DNA from: Phyllosticta citribraziliensis
Taxonomy: Eukaryota
Direction: 5' to 3'
DNA length: 64,000 bases
Assembly (NCBI RefSeq): GCF_038025025.1
Contig: NW_027117342.1
Coordinates: forward strand, 620,001-684,000
Every line of letters starts with the position of its first letter. Position 1 is the first letter of the stretch. Position numbers and translations under genes: made by a program. Shown here piece after piece: positions 1 through 12,989 of the stretch. A model generated the notes under the pieces. It saw only the letters and a list, made by a program, of their open reading frames with translations, did no database searches and was not told the origin of the DNA.

Positions 1-162
1 GGTAATTTCAATTTGGTTGGTTGGTTGCTTTGAACAAGAAGTCAAGAAGAGTACGCCTGCTTTCATGAATCAAAAAAGGTATTCGTCCGCGCCGTTGAAC
101 TATGCTCCCAACGCCATTTGTGCTCTTGCAGCAGTAAAAAAGGATAGAAAGGTGGGCTTTTA

Positions 163-1028
163 TTAGTTGCCGACGCAGCGGGACCATCCTGTTTGATGTT
201 AGTCGAAGGGCACAATTTGGGGGCCAAGTCAAACTCACCGGGAAGACCGCATCCAAAGCCGACGAGCAAGTACAGCAGAAAGACGACAACGACGACCAAC
301 AGCGCCATGAGCCTGACATTCTTCCACCACATGCGGCGCCTCAAGCCGCGACTCCTCACACGAAAGTCGCGCGCATTGCCGCCGAGACGATCCGTCTTGT
401 CGACGAGCAAATCGATGCGCTCGCCGCGCTCCAGCACGCGCTCAATATTCTCCGTCATGATCTCGCGCACGCCCTGGATCTCCGTCTGCGCGCGGCGGAT
501 GGCGTCGTTCTGGCCCTCCTCGCTGCTGCCCATGTCGACCATCAGGCGCTTGAGCGTGGCGTTGAAGGCGGCGCAGCCGTAGGCCGGCAGGCTGGCAAAG
601 TCGGTGCGGTCGGGCGGGTACTGCTGCAGGAACGCTTCCTGCGCTGCGACCAGGTAGCCGAACGGGATGCGCCGGCCCAGGCTGCTCGACGCGATGACGA
701 GGTACGTCAGCCCGCCGGCGCTCGCGGCCGACGCGGGGTGCTCCGACGCCGCCGATGCCATGTAGTGGATGTAGTGTTGGCCATGGGTGTAGGTGAGCTT
801 TTGCGGCGACGTGTGCGAGATTTTGGGCAGGATGAGGGAGGCGAGGGAGGAGGTGTTGGAAGAGGCCGAGGCGGTATGTTCGGTGAGGATGGTGCTGTTG
901 TGGGCGATGCACGAGCTGTGAGGGTCGCGTGGTTAGCTGCGTTTGTGGTGGTGTGGGTGATGTGCGGAGTATGCCCGGGGATTCTGGACATACTAGAGCA
1001 GCGGAGTCGAAGTGGAGGAGGACGCCAT
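163..1028 (-). CDS. VAMP7: VAMP7/Nyv1-like longin R-SNARE (synaptobrevin), 3 exons
   Basis: ATG at 1028 (MASSSTSTPLL), intron, longin domain (YSCIAHNSTILTEH...KLTYTHG), R-SNARE motif VREIMTENIERVLERGERIDLLVDKTDRL, C-terminal TM helix. A last intron (gtgagt...ctaac...cag) gives GLPGWSRCVGN*. Confidence 0.93.
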
Positions 1029-2418
1029 GGTGGATTAATCGAGAAACGTGATGTAAAGCCGGTGCAGGTACAGTGCTGTGGTGTTGATGCACGCCTGACG
1101 ACCTGGACACAGTGAGGTTGACGTGCATCCCGGCCGGCGTTGGTTTAGCGGGGCGGCAGAACACTCACCGCCCACGTGCACATCTTGGCTCCGTCGCCAC
1201 GTGAAACCTTCAACCAACTCCAGTCCGTCAGGACTCTTTCGCAACGGCCCGGGATGCTTGATGTTGTCGGCTCTCGGATCGCTCTCTACATCAATGCCAT
1301 CAGATTGCGTGGTTGGCTGAGCGGGACTCGGAGCGACTTACAATTCGTCGTCGGCTACTCCGTGAGGCCCCCGAGGCCTGGAGCTCCGCGTTGACCACGA
1401 TTCTTTGCCATGACCAAAGTCCGTCCACTGGAAGAGAAAGAGCTTGGATTCCTGGGCGTTTATTGGAGACGAAAAATCAATCAAGGATGAGGACTTGGCT
1501 GGAATGTCGGCTCCATCACTTTACGCGGGAACTGCCTCGTGCCGTTGGTTCGTCGTACGTCAACGTCCTCACGCTGCTCGCCTAAAGCAGAAGTGGTGGA
1601 TGCTTCGGAGCGTTTTTCTCGCGTGGTGGCCCACTCGCTTCTTCTATGCTACTTTTAGTCCACAGCCGTTGAGTTGACTCGCTGTGTGGCTCTGTCCGCC
1701 CGTTGCGCTTCCCCTCGTCTTCATACGACCTATCACCGCTACCGCATCCGTGGCTTGTTTAGACTTAGACTTTCCGTGATCTGCTGTCCATCTTTGCAAA
1801 TCTCCCGGATTCTACATCTCAAAGTCAAGCTTGAACACATGTCCATCAGGATTTCAGGGTCTCTAAAGGAGACGAAAGAGCTATGAACCTGTTCGCGGGC
1901 CTTTTCTCAAGTCCTTGCATCTAGGCGAGCCACAACGCCTGTGCTGACCATTGCGTACCAGGGTTTGCCTAAACGCCATAGATCTCGAACCTCATATCCA
2001 TCTGTCGCAGGTGGGTGGACCTCACATCACCATGGCGAATTAACAGTCTTTTGGCCTCCCTCGGCTTGGACAGACGTCTTCCGCGGAACATGTTCCCTAC
2101 CCTCGCTCGCTTTGCCTTCGTACTCTGTGGCCTAAGAGTGGCTGTTCAGCGTGCGTACAGTCCTCGTCTCTTCCGCCCGCTCGCCTCTTCCGACAGGGCC
2201 TCTCCAACTCGACCTCTGTCATCGAACCCTCGCCTAATATGCCGGGTTCCGCCCAATCCATGCTTCTCGAATCCTTCTTGATCCGGCTCTCTCCTTGCTT
2301 TTTCCATCTCTTCAGTCCTCCAAGTCCAAGGGCCCTTTCCTCCTACCCAGTCCTCTGGTAAACGGCAGCTCCCTTGCCCAGGGGCCTAGCTGCAGGACTC
2401 TTCTGCCGGCCGCTGCCA

Positions 2419-4194
2419 ATGTCGACGCTGATTGGCAACCTACATCCGGAACTATGGCCAGAACCCAACTACATCAACCCACCCACCAGAATCCCCCTGA
2501 TTCTAGGCATTCTGATACCGCAAGCCTTTATGGTGACGGTGTTTTGTATGGGGCGGATCTTGTCCAAGATTTTGCGCAAGTCGAATCATGCCTTGGGTTG
2601 GGATGACTGGTTGATGGTGCTTTCAGGAGTAAGTACTGTGAAAGTTGAGAGAAATGGATGTTGACCTGTTCAGGTTCTGATATTAGGGGTTGACTTTTTG
2701 GGATGTTTTTCAACTCTGTATGGGTCTGGATACCACACATGGGATGTTCCTGCCGAGTGGATTTATCCATGGGGGAAGGTAAGCTTTTCCCTGATATCTA
2801 AATTCTCAATCTGACTCTTGTAGATTGATTTTGCGACGTATTGTAGGTCATGAAATTCCCAGTCGGCTTCTCTACTGACCAGTTCAAGGGCTTTTTGTTC
2901 CTAGTCTTGCCATAACAAAAGGTAAGATTATCTATTCTGGGCAAAAACCACAGCTGACCGTTACAGTTTCCCTTTGCCTTTCATATCTAAGACTTTTTCC
3001 CACTCGAACCAACCAGTGGTTTTGCTGGGCCATGATAATCAGCCAGAGTGCATGGTTTGTGGCCTTTTTGGTCGTTTTGGCAGTCGCTTGTCGGTGAGTA
3101 AATCATGGCTTTAGACATCTGCGGTTCGCTAATCTCGCAATAGACCCATGTCAGCGTTTTGGATGTTGGACAAACAAAAAGACAAATGCATCGATCTCAA
3201 ATTCATCCTCCTTTTTCAAGCATTTTTCAACAGCGCCACCGACTTTTTGGTTTTCCTCTGGCCCTTGAGGATACTATGGCGCATACAACTCCCTCTCCAT
3301 CGACGAATCGGGCTGGTAATAACATTTGGCTTCGGATGCCTGTGAGTCCATCTCGCACAAAGAAAAGCTGGCGTGACTGACGCAACGAATAGGGGATGCC
3401 TAGCAGGGGCACTCCGCGCCTACAGCCTGAACAAATACTTCAAATCGAACGACCCCTTCTGGCAAACCGCCGAGCTGTGGTGCATCATCGGCGGCGAAGG
3501 CAACTTCGGCGTCGTGTGCGGCTGCCTCCCGACGCTCAAGCCCGTCATGCAGCGCATCTTCCCGCGCTGGTTCTCCGACACAATTGAAGCGCACTCGTCG
3601 TCGGGCGAGGGCCTCGAGGGCTCTGCGTACAGCCGCGCAACTTCGTCGCGCCGACAGTGGTCCCGCCCGCACGCCGCCGAGTACCCGTTCCAGAACATCA
3701 GCAGCTCGCACCACTCGCACTCGTCGTCGCGGCAGTCGAACAGCCGCCGCCTCAGCTCGCTCAGCAGCGGCATGGGCATGGGCATGGGCCGGTGCATGGC
3801 GGGCGCGTCGCCCGCCGCGTCGTCGCTGGACAAAGACTCGTCGGCGTCGTCGGCGTCGGATGCTGAGCACCTGCGCATGCGTCCGCACTACGATGATGGC
3901 CAGTATGAGGTCTTTGCCGGGCGAGCCAGCGGCGGCGCCGACGGGCGGTACGGACGCGCGACGTTGCCGCCGCCTCCCGACACGGGCATCAAGCTGACGC
4001 ACACGGTGTCGATGCACTCGGAGAAGCAGCACGACGCGGGCGGGATAGATCTGGTGGACGACGACGGTGGCTCCGAGGAGCTGATCTTGCATTCGAGGAG
4101 CGGCTCGAGAGGCAAGGGCGCGTTTGGCAAGGGCGCGTTTGGCAAGGGCTACTACGTCGATGGTCATGGAGCGCGGACGAATACTACGATATAG
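2419..4194 (+). CDS. PTH11-like/fungal rhodopsin-domain integral membrane protein, no CFEM domain, 7 exons
   Basis: Spliced model gives WPEPNYINPP, GWDDWLM, GYHTWD, TKVSLCLSYLRLF, CRPMSAFW, NSATDFLVFLWP, EGNFGVVCGCLPTLKP, all typical PTH11/SAT4-family motifs. Includes a 19-nt exon (2824-2842) and a Ser-rich cytoplasmic tail. Confidence 0.85.
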
Positions 4195-4414
4195 ACAGCG
4201 CGAGGGTGGGAAAGGATGAGTGGGTTGTTTTTGTTTGGCGTTCCAGTTGGAAGGTTGCGGATACCAGCGCTACGAACGCACGCGTATTTTCTTTCAAAGC
4301 TGCTGATTGGTGCTAGCACGCGGGTTTCAAGAATTTAATATGGACTCGACACGGAAAAGTTCTACACAAGAAATACGATTGCACACGGCCAGCCATGTCC
4401 CATCACCCCTTTGT

Positions 4415-5524
4415 CTACGACGAGTACATGGAAGCCGACGAGAGAGCGGTGGCGTACGTCGTCGGCCAGTCATCCCAGTTAACGTCAAACATGATGGCCG
4501 AGTCGCAGTCGCTGCCCAGACCCGTGTTGTTGATGAAGCCGGGCTCCCAGTAGAAGATGCCCGCACCGTTGCTGACGGCCTGCAGCTGCTCGACGATGGC
4601 CTGAACCCACTGTGTCTGGCCCTCGGCCGAGACGGGGTAGTCGGCAGAGAGGGTGACGCCGTCGCAGCTGACGGGCCAGTCGGTCTCGGCGACGTAGACG
4701 CTGGTGTCGGTGTAGGTCGACTCGAGCCAAGACAGGGTGGAGCCGAGGTTGTCGAGCGTGGCGTCGGTGCCGTAGAAGGGGTAGAAGGACAGGCCGATGG
4801 CGTCGACGTCGGACGTCGCCACGGTGCCCTCGTCGAACAGGCCCTGGAAGAACCACTGCACCGTCGCCGTGTCCCACCCGTTGTTGAGGTGGATCATGAC
4901 CTCGGGCTGGTTAACGCCCGCGCTGACGGCGTCCGACACGCCCGCGCGCGCCGCAGACCACAGCGTCGCGAAGCCGCTGAAGTCGTCGTTGTCGATTTGC
5001 CCCAGCGGGAACAGCATGCCCGACGGGATCTCGTTGCCCAGGGATAGAATGGCAATGTCGACGCCGCCGTCGGAGAAGGACTGCAGCGTCGACTTGACGT
5101 ACGAGCGCACGTCGGATGCCAGCGAGTCGACCGAGCTGCTCGACCAGCTAGATGGGATTGCTTGGTTGGACGGATCCGCCCACGTGTCGCTGAAGTGCAT
5201 GTCGAGGAAAATGGAGTATCCCTGCTTGGAGAAGCGTTGGGCCAGTTCCAGCGTGTAGTCGAGGCCGTATTCAGTTCCAGTCCAGAGGCTGTAAACGTTA
5301 GATTTATTTCTTTTGATAGTTTTCTTGACTTACCGCAGACGCACGCTGTCCATACCGCCCGCTCCTAGAATGGCCTCGATGGTCGAGGCTGAGCCCGACG
5401 CCGAGTTCCAGTTGGCGCCCTGATCCGTTTCCATGTAGCCGGCAGAGGAGATATCGTGGCCCTTGTAAAAGGCAGCAGCGCTGCCAATGGCTGCCATGAC
5501 TGGCAGAAATATTTTGGCAAGCAT
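4415..5524 (-). CDS. Secreted GH53 arabinogalactan endo-beta-1,4-galactanase
   Basis: Signal peptide, KGHDISS, VRLR/LW across a 45-nt intron, LDMHFSDTWADP, catalytic LGNE and VAETDWP, GIFYWEP. Confidence 0.93.
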
Positions 5525-7221
5525 CTTGATGTTGATGCTATTGTTGCAGGATCCGGGAGTAAAGGTGAGTCCGGTCCAAATGTTGGCGAGTCGGAAAGGA
5601 GACGGTCTCGAAAGCTGTAGGAGAAGGCAGAGGTCTTGTACTTTGGAACAAAACGCTTATAGGCGACGCGTCCCCAGTAGGCAGTACGTCCGCACAGCAG
5701 CAGCAGACGCCGAAATAGATGTTATGCGACACACGGACAATATCAGGCCAGCAGAAACAAACACCAGCAGAAGCGAGCAAGAGACGCGCAAGGGAAACAG
5801 GCAAGAAAAGGGGACCGACCAGCCTGTGTCAATCAGCAACAATCCGAGACAAGCTCTCGACTATAAGGCCGACCGCCCATGCCCATCCCCCGTCGCGCAT
5901 CATGGCAAACAGAAGCTCCTGCCAAACACGTCTGGCTCGTTGTCGGTTATGGCGCTGCTTTTGCTGTTGCCCGCACGTAGCGGCTTCGGCTTTCTGCTGT
6001 GACTAGCCCACGCGGAGTGTGAGCAGCGTGATGTGCCAACGAGACGTTTCGAAACAGCACCAAACGCGCGACGTCGAGAGGCGGCGCGGAGATTGCGTGG
6101 GGACCAAGCGAGTTGCAGATCGTCAGATGCATGTCCGTGGGCTGGCTGGCGATAGGCGGCTTTACCTCTGCCGAACAACGTCCCCTTCGGCTCCCGGGCC
6201 GGAGCATGTTGCGCGTTGCAGCCGTCGACTTCTTTTACGTCTTTCTTCAAGATCCGGGTCCAATTGTGCGCGGAAGAATTTCTAGTTGACTTGTAATGAG
6301 GGACGGATAGGTCGGGAAAGTTCAAGAAGTGACAACTTCAGGGGCCTATCACCTTCCCTCAAGTCGTCCGTCTCTTTTCTCGTAACTCCTGATCAGGTAG
6401 GTCGATACCTGGGTAGGCAGGTCGTCAACCTCGTTCGAGAGATCTTCGATACCATGTGCCCTGTTCGACTGCTCCGCCGACCTATCACCTCGTCCGCAGC
6501 CGTCTATCCGCGGTACAAAACATCAAAGAAGTGCGGTCAATGCATCTCGCAACTCCACAGGTAGATGTGTGTTCGAGGCTACCAAGAGAAAGCCGGCGAC
6601 AACACAACAGCGAAAGATAGGAGAAGACATAGACTAGACTGCACGGAAAAACATAGGACAGAGAAACCAAAGTCAAAGACGTTGCGGTATTTACGTTATA
6701 CAGATCCAAAAAAGACCTCGAAAATAAAGAAAAGGAGTCGACAAATATTATACACACAAACCCGCACTTTAGCAAAAGATGCATTCGACCACTCACTCAC
6801 CTCACTGCGCACCACAAACCATTTTCACCATCTCTCCTCTCTCTCGTCTCACACGCCTCCACCTCGATCTATGCAAAAAGAGCACTTCCTACCTCCCAGC
6901 AGGCGCAACCGACCAATCAAACGACACCTCTACTCTACGCCGGATCCGATCCGACCCATCACCCGCAGTGAAAATAGACCCCAAAGACAAGAACAAGTTG
7001 CAAAGATGACCACCAGACAGCCGACGAACGACGGCAAACCGAACGTGCTTTCTTTGCTCTAGGACACCAGACAAAAAATGGACGAGATATAGATACTTCA
7101 AGCAATCCGGATCTCAGCCACGCGCGCGCGTACGCAAGCAATGCCGCCGCCTTTCTATCATTCCGTGACATGTCCCAACACCCCTTGCGACGACGAGGCC
7201 CACACCAAACAAGCAGCACGC

Positions 7222-10200
7222 TTAATCTACATCCTCGGCGCGCGTCTCAGCCTTCGGCTCCTCCACGCGCTCCGCCTTTTCCTTTTCCTTTTCCTTTTCA
7301 TCCACCACCTGCTCACCCTCTGCTGCCGCCTCTCCGCCAGCCTGCTGCTGCTGCTTTTCTGGCGGTGGCGGCTGCTGCTGCTGCTCGGCACCCGGCGGCT
7401 TCGCGCTACTCCTCCGCGAGACGGGCTCACGAGGCTTGGCGGCCTCCTCGGGGAACAGCTCGGGCAAGAGGTTCGGCAGGAAGCGGTCGAGTCGGCTCCA
7501 CGTCTCGTTCCACAGCTCGGCCTGGTCGGGCTTTTGGTCGGGCGGGACGAGGTACCCGCCGCTCGACATGACGAGCAGGATGTTTTTGAGTGACTCGGGG
7601 ACGGATTCTTCCTGTTCAGGTGTCAGCGGTGGATCGCCAATGATATTTGTCTATGTTTGGGGGTTTGGAAGGTTTGGCGATGGGGCTGGGTTGGGTTGGG
7701 GTACGCACCAGGTTGTCGCCTTGCCCGCTATGCATGAGGCGGTCCATGATGCTCAGAATCTTGAGCCACAGGTCGAGCATGCCATCCCACTCAGACAATG
7801 CCACGAGGTAATGCAGGAATATTTTGCAGAGCAGCGTTGCCACCTGGACTCGCGTCTCGCCCATGCCGCCCGGATCGCTCTGGTAGATTTCAGGCTTCAG
7901 CAGCTGGTTGATGAGCGGGAAGAGCACCTCGCCAAAGATCTTGGTCCATTCCTTGTGATCCGGCGATGCCAGGTCGTTGGATAGGAGCGTGCGCTGCAGC
8001 GAAGTGAGCGCCTGGTGCCGGATTTCGCGGCACGGGTTAAGGCATTGCGTTGTGAGGCAGTGGAAGATGGGTGACCAGTAGGCATTCCAGGCTAATACTG
8101 TCAGCGGATACTACTACCGTGGCAATGGAATCCTACCCTCGTTGGTCTCGAGTTGAGACTGTTGAATGAAAGAAGGGACGCGGCTGGTCAGCCTGAAGAC
8201 AATGACCATTGCATTGGATCCGCGAGACACGACCTCGTTGGTCCTAGACACGTCTTAGCAACGCCACGAATCAGATATCCAAACTTACTGTGCTTTCCTC
8301 TTGGGTTTAGCACCCTTTCGCGTCGCAGCAGCATCCAATCTCTGCTGCTCCGCCGCACCAGAACTTCCAGCAGTGGCAAAGTCATTGAGCAACGCAATTG
8401 AAGCCTCATAATTATCAGCCGAGATGCCGGGCGGAGCAGACGAAGTCAGATTCTCCATGATTCGGAAAACGTCGCCTGCCGCCTCTGGCAGGGTATGCAG
8501 GGCGCGGAGCACAGACCAAAAGTCCGGAGAATTGATCAACTCGTTTCGAAGGCTGACGGGCCCGTTGATGCAGTCCAAAAGACCCTTGAGCAGATGAGGA
8601 GCGACTTGCTTGAGTGTTTCTTGATCGAAACCGGCAAAGCTGTGGAGAATGACGGGAGCGCGGATGAAGTCGTAATCGTTGCTGGCGCGCAACAATCTCA
8701 ACAGGTAATACACGGACCTCGACAATGTCAGGGGATGGATGTTGCTGTAGTCGCGGACGAGGCTTTGCAAAGCATCGGCAACGTCCTTGCCCAATCTTTC
8801 AACTGTCTCGGCATCCCTCAAAACGAGAAGAGTTGCCAACTCCAATGCAAAAACCAGCGAGGGGTCATAAACGGGCCCCTTGGGCTTGGCCTTGTTGCCA
8901 TTTGGTCTCACAGGACTTGGTGCGGGCAACTCAGGCCTGACGACAATGACGCGAGGCGACGAGTCCTCGGGCAGCTGAGAAAGTAGAGTGTCGACGAGAG
9001 AATGAAGGGCCTCGATGGGCATGCAGCTAATGTGATGGAGAATCTCTGGAAAATCGCAGGCATGTATGCAATCCACTGTACAAAGAGTATACTCGATCTC
9101 AGCCTCGCTCGGCTCGGGCGGCTCGTCGCTTGCAAAACTGAATATCGAGCTTGTAAACGTCGAAAACAGACTGGTCTCGTTTTGTCTTTGTTCGCGGTCG
9201 ATGACTTGAGCAGGAGGTTGGAGGGGAATCGGAGAAATTTCGAGGGCGTTGGGCATGTAGGTCAGTGACGAGGGAATGAGAGAGTTGATGAACAAGTTGA
9301 CCATGACGCGGACGAGATGGCCCCATCCATCGCGGATGCATGCTTCGTTGCCGTTGACGATGCGAAAGAGGAGGACTGTGGCAAGCTGAGCGCGATCGTC
9401 ACGGCCAAACCGCACAGCAGTCTCGCTGACCATGATCTTTTCGCTCTTCTTGTCCGCCTGGACCTCGGTATTCAACGTGGTACTCGGCGGCATTTCAGGT
9501 GCCAGTGTGCTGATTGAGCTGAGAGAAAAGACGATGCGATCCAGACAGTCGGTGAGACCATGCTTTGCAGCAACTTGCGCACACTGATAGAATCCAGTGA
9601 CGACTCTGGAAAAGACGGCATCATCCGACGCCGACATGAAGACGTAGGAGAGCGTCGCGAGGATTGGCCGCCACGTCGCAGCAAACATGTCTGCATCGAA
9701 CAGGTTGGTGTCGCAAATGACGAGATCCGTTGCCGAAAAGACCTTCATCTGCAATTCTTTCCACGCATGATCATATGCGTGCTTGTTGTCATGCTCCTCG
9801 GGGAGGATGATTTCCCTTGTCTTGATCGAGTTGTAAATGGCCTCCAAATACTCGGGCTCAAAATCCTTGCCGCCGTTGACGCCACGCAAATTGCGCGAAA
9901 AGTCTTCCAAGGACATGCGCTTCTGCGACTTGAGGTTGGGATTGTGCTGGTCAGTGTTCAGCATGATGATGGCATACGTCAAGACATAGACGGCGTCCTG
10001 TTCCGCAATGCCTTCCGGTGTTGCGCTTGCGCAATACTTTTCCGCAAATTCAGTCACAATCCTCTCAATCAGCTGCGACTCTCCCGGCAGACGAAACGTG
10101 TTGAGAAGCTCTCGCAAAGCCTCGTCAACACGCTTGCCTGCAAAGTCAAACGACTCCATAAACGCCGCCAGTATGCCCTCGTTTGATTTTTTGGAAATGA

Positions 10201-12307
10201 ATTCTCCCACAATCTTCTTGTCCAGCCTGGAGGTTCCTCTGATGAATGAAGCAACGGCGAGAGGGTCCGATGGGTTTTTGATGATGCCTTGGGACGCCAA
10301 GAAAGCAATGCCAGCCTTGGGATTCTCGTTAAACTTCTTTGCTCCGCGAATAATGACCTTTTTCTGAGCCCGCTGCATCCGCAGGTCTTCCAGAGCAGGG
10401 TACCCCTCGATGCTCGGCTCATCTTCCAGTCTATCAGCAATGATTTGAATGTAACCCAACAGTGCATCAAGACACAACGGCGGAACATTTGTCGTGCTCC
10501 AAGTTGCAGAATCCGGAAATGCGTTGCGCGAAAGAAGACCGACCATGTCCATGCACAAGTCACTACGATCAATGTCGCAATCGTAGTTGATGAAAAGTTC
10601 GACCAGGAATGAAGGTATTCTGCAGAGTGCTCCGACGCTTTCGACCATGGCCTCTCTGGCGTCGGGTTTTCTCGAGCCGCCTTCCAACCCAAGTCTTTGC
10701 CTATCCTTGACAGGGACAGGTGTTGAGCGGCCACTGTTTGATCCGGATGACGGTGATGGCTTGACAAGACTGGGAGATTGTGGAACACCCTCGTAAAGTG
10801 CAGGATCGATGCCCGGTTCTTGCGGAATGTCGACCTTGGGGAAGAGACATGCGACTACGTAGGAGAGAAAAAGCTCTTGCTGAAGCTTGAGGACGCCTCT
10901 ACAAGTCGCCAGGAGGGTGTAGGCAACTCTGAGAGACTCGTTGAGAACGGCGATATTTTCTGAACGGACAAGCTGGAACAGATGGCGACAGAGGGTATCT
11001 TTGGCGAGTGATACCAGGCTCGGATGGCTTGCGATTGACGGTCCTGCAACTTCGAGCGCCACATCCACGATCCGCAAGGCCATGATTCGCATAGTGTCGT
11101 TGTGTTGTCGGTCCTCAGGATTCAAGAGGTCCACCAGCACGCGGAACAGCTCTCGAATCGAAGGAAGCGAGTACGGTTTGACGACAACCTCGTCCTCTTC
11201 CTCGGAGGACCTGGTGAGATCCAGCTGGCTGGTGTTGGCATTGGGACCAGAATCGTCACCACCCTCGGCAATCTTTTCCAGACTCGACGAAGATCGCGAC
11301 GCCTCTGGTCTGCTCCCAGGCAACCCCAAAGACCCCGTGGTATTCGGATCCATCTTGACCGCGTCCATGTCGTCTTTTGTGCTCTCCTCCAGGGCTGCCG
11401 GATCCTGCCCAGCCTCAATCTCCAAGTGTTTTAAGCGTTCAAAAATCACCTGGCACATGGTGACCATGGCAATTTCGGCAGACCTCCGCAGTACTTCGGA
11501 GAGGCGGACCTGACAGCACATGCTCAATCCCGTCTCCATCATTTCGCAGACGCTCTCATCGCTCAGCACGTCTCCAGCTGGACCAGAAATCATGAGCTCC
11601 ATGAGCTTCAGTATTCGCAGCAGCACAATTTCGTCTGCCGCCGTGTCGGTCGCTTCGAAGCGGCAATGTGTAATGGCAGAGGATAGCAGCTGCATGGCCG
11701 AATTCAGCCGGGGAGAATCTCTGCCAATGATGTTGTAGGAAAGAAACTTGGTAATGGCAATCAGGGCCAAGGAGGTAATCGGGGCGGACGTAGAGGACGA
11801 ACGTATGACTTGGAGAAACGGGTGGACCAAAGCGGGCGTGTCAAAAGTGTGAATGTCTATCACCGTCAACCACAGTCACAAAACATTCTCGTTGTACTTG
11901 CCTTTGCAGCCCTTGAGGTCACTCCGCAAACGTGTAAAGGCCGACATGAGCGGATTGTCCTGCATGCTCCTCCCCTTCTTCCCGCGGAGGCCCCATCTCC
12001 CCGCCAAAGCATCCTCGCCAGTGCCCAGCTTTATGCTCGCGGCGTTTCGCTCGCCCCTTTCGATTCGTTGTATGGCGAGCGGCTTTGCGGCGCCGCCCCC
12101 GAGGATGGCCGACACGGACGACTGCGCCCACCGCGCGTGTTTGCGCATGGCCGAGGTGACGGTGATGCACTCGGTCACGACGAGGGCGATGGGGTCAATC
12201 GAGGCCGATATGGCGCGGGTGCGCGGGTGGAATTCCGGCATGGTGCTTTGCTGGAGCTCCTGCGATGCGTGGATGTAAGAGTCCGCGGTCAAGCTGTCGG
12301 CGCTCAT
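7222..12307 (-). CDS. GEA2: Gea1/2-GBF1-type Sec7-domain ARF guanine nucleotide exchange factor
   Basis: DCB domain (AITHCRFEATD), HUS box (ELFINYDCD), Sec7 domain (FRLPGESQLIER, YAIIMLNTDQHNP), HDS region (QCLNPCREIR; ESVPESLKNILLVM). Four introns, the first GC-AG. Confidence 0.95.
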
Positions 12308-12879
12308 GGTGGCGGTGGGCTTCCGGGAGAACAAAAGAGCGTGGGTCTGTCGGTCCCGTCCTTCAGGCGGTCGAGCTCACATTCCCATGACCGGGAGACG
12401 ACTGGGAGGTTGCACGGCGAGTAGTGGACTGAGGTGTGATTGAGGTGTTGGAGTGTCGCGCGTGTCTGCGGTGGAGCTGCGGGAGCTGACATTCTGTCCA
12501 ACCACATTGCGCATTTGCTTTGCGTCGACACCTGGCCTCCTCCGCCCGCCGCGCCAAGACTGACCATCACTCGAACTGCATGTCCACATACGGAATACAT
12601 TCTACTTGCTTGTCACCTCGAGTCTAACTCGTATATACAATCCCCACCATCCATCCACGACGCCAGGTCCAAAACAAATTGAATAACCTCAAATCATGCT
12701 CGCACAAAGGCGGGTCTGATTTCAGCAACGTCCCAACTCCTGCGTTGCCGTCCTGCTTGCCAATGATTGAGATGGATGCCGCACACAGCAATGCCATCGA
12801 ACAAGATGAAGTGTACTATGCTGCTGCAATTGCAATATTTGAACTAAATCTCGACACCGCCAGTTCAGTCGAGGGGATC

Positions 12880-12924
12880 TTTGACCTCTTTGACCTCTTT
12901 GACCTCCTTGACCTCCTTGACCTG
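12880..12924. repeat. 9-bp tandem repeat (YTTGACCTC) x5
   Basis: tttgacctc x3, then cttgacctc and cttgacctg, just 3' of the ANP1 stop. Confidence 0.85.
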
Positions 12925-12989
12925 CGAGCCACTACTTTCCGGTTCAGATCTATACATGTAAGCGCAAGTCGTGTGGTTCGTTGGATCAC

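Noticed and set aside
3400..5047. Several long overlapping ORFs (255 aa, 246 aa etc.)
   Set aside because: Alternate-frame artefacts of very GC-rich exons of the two real genes.
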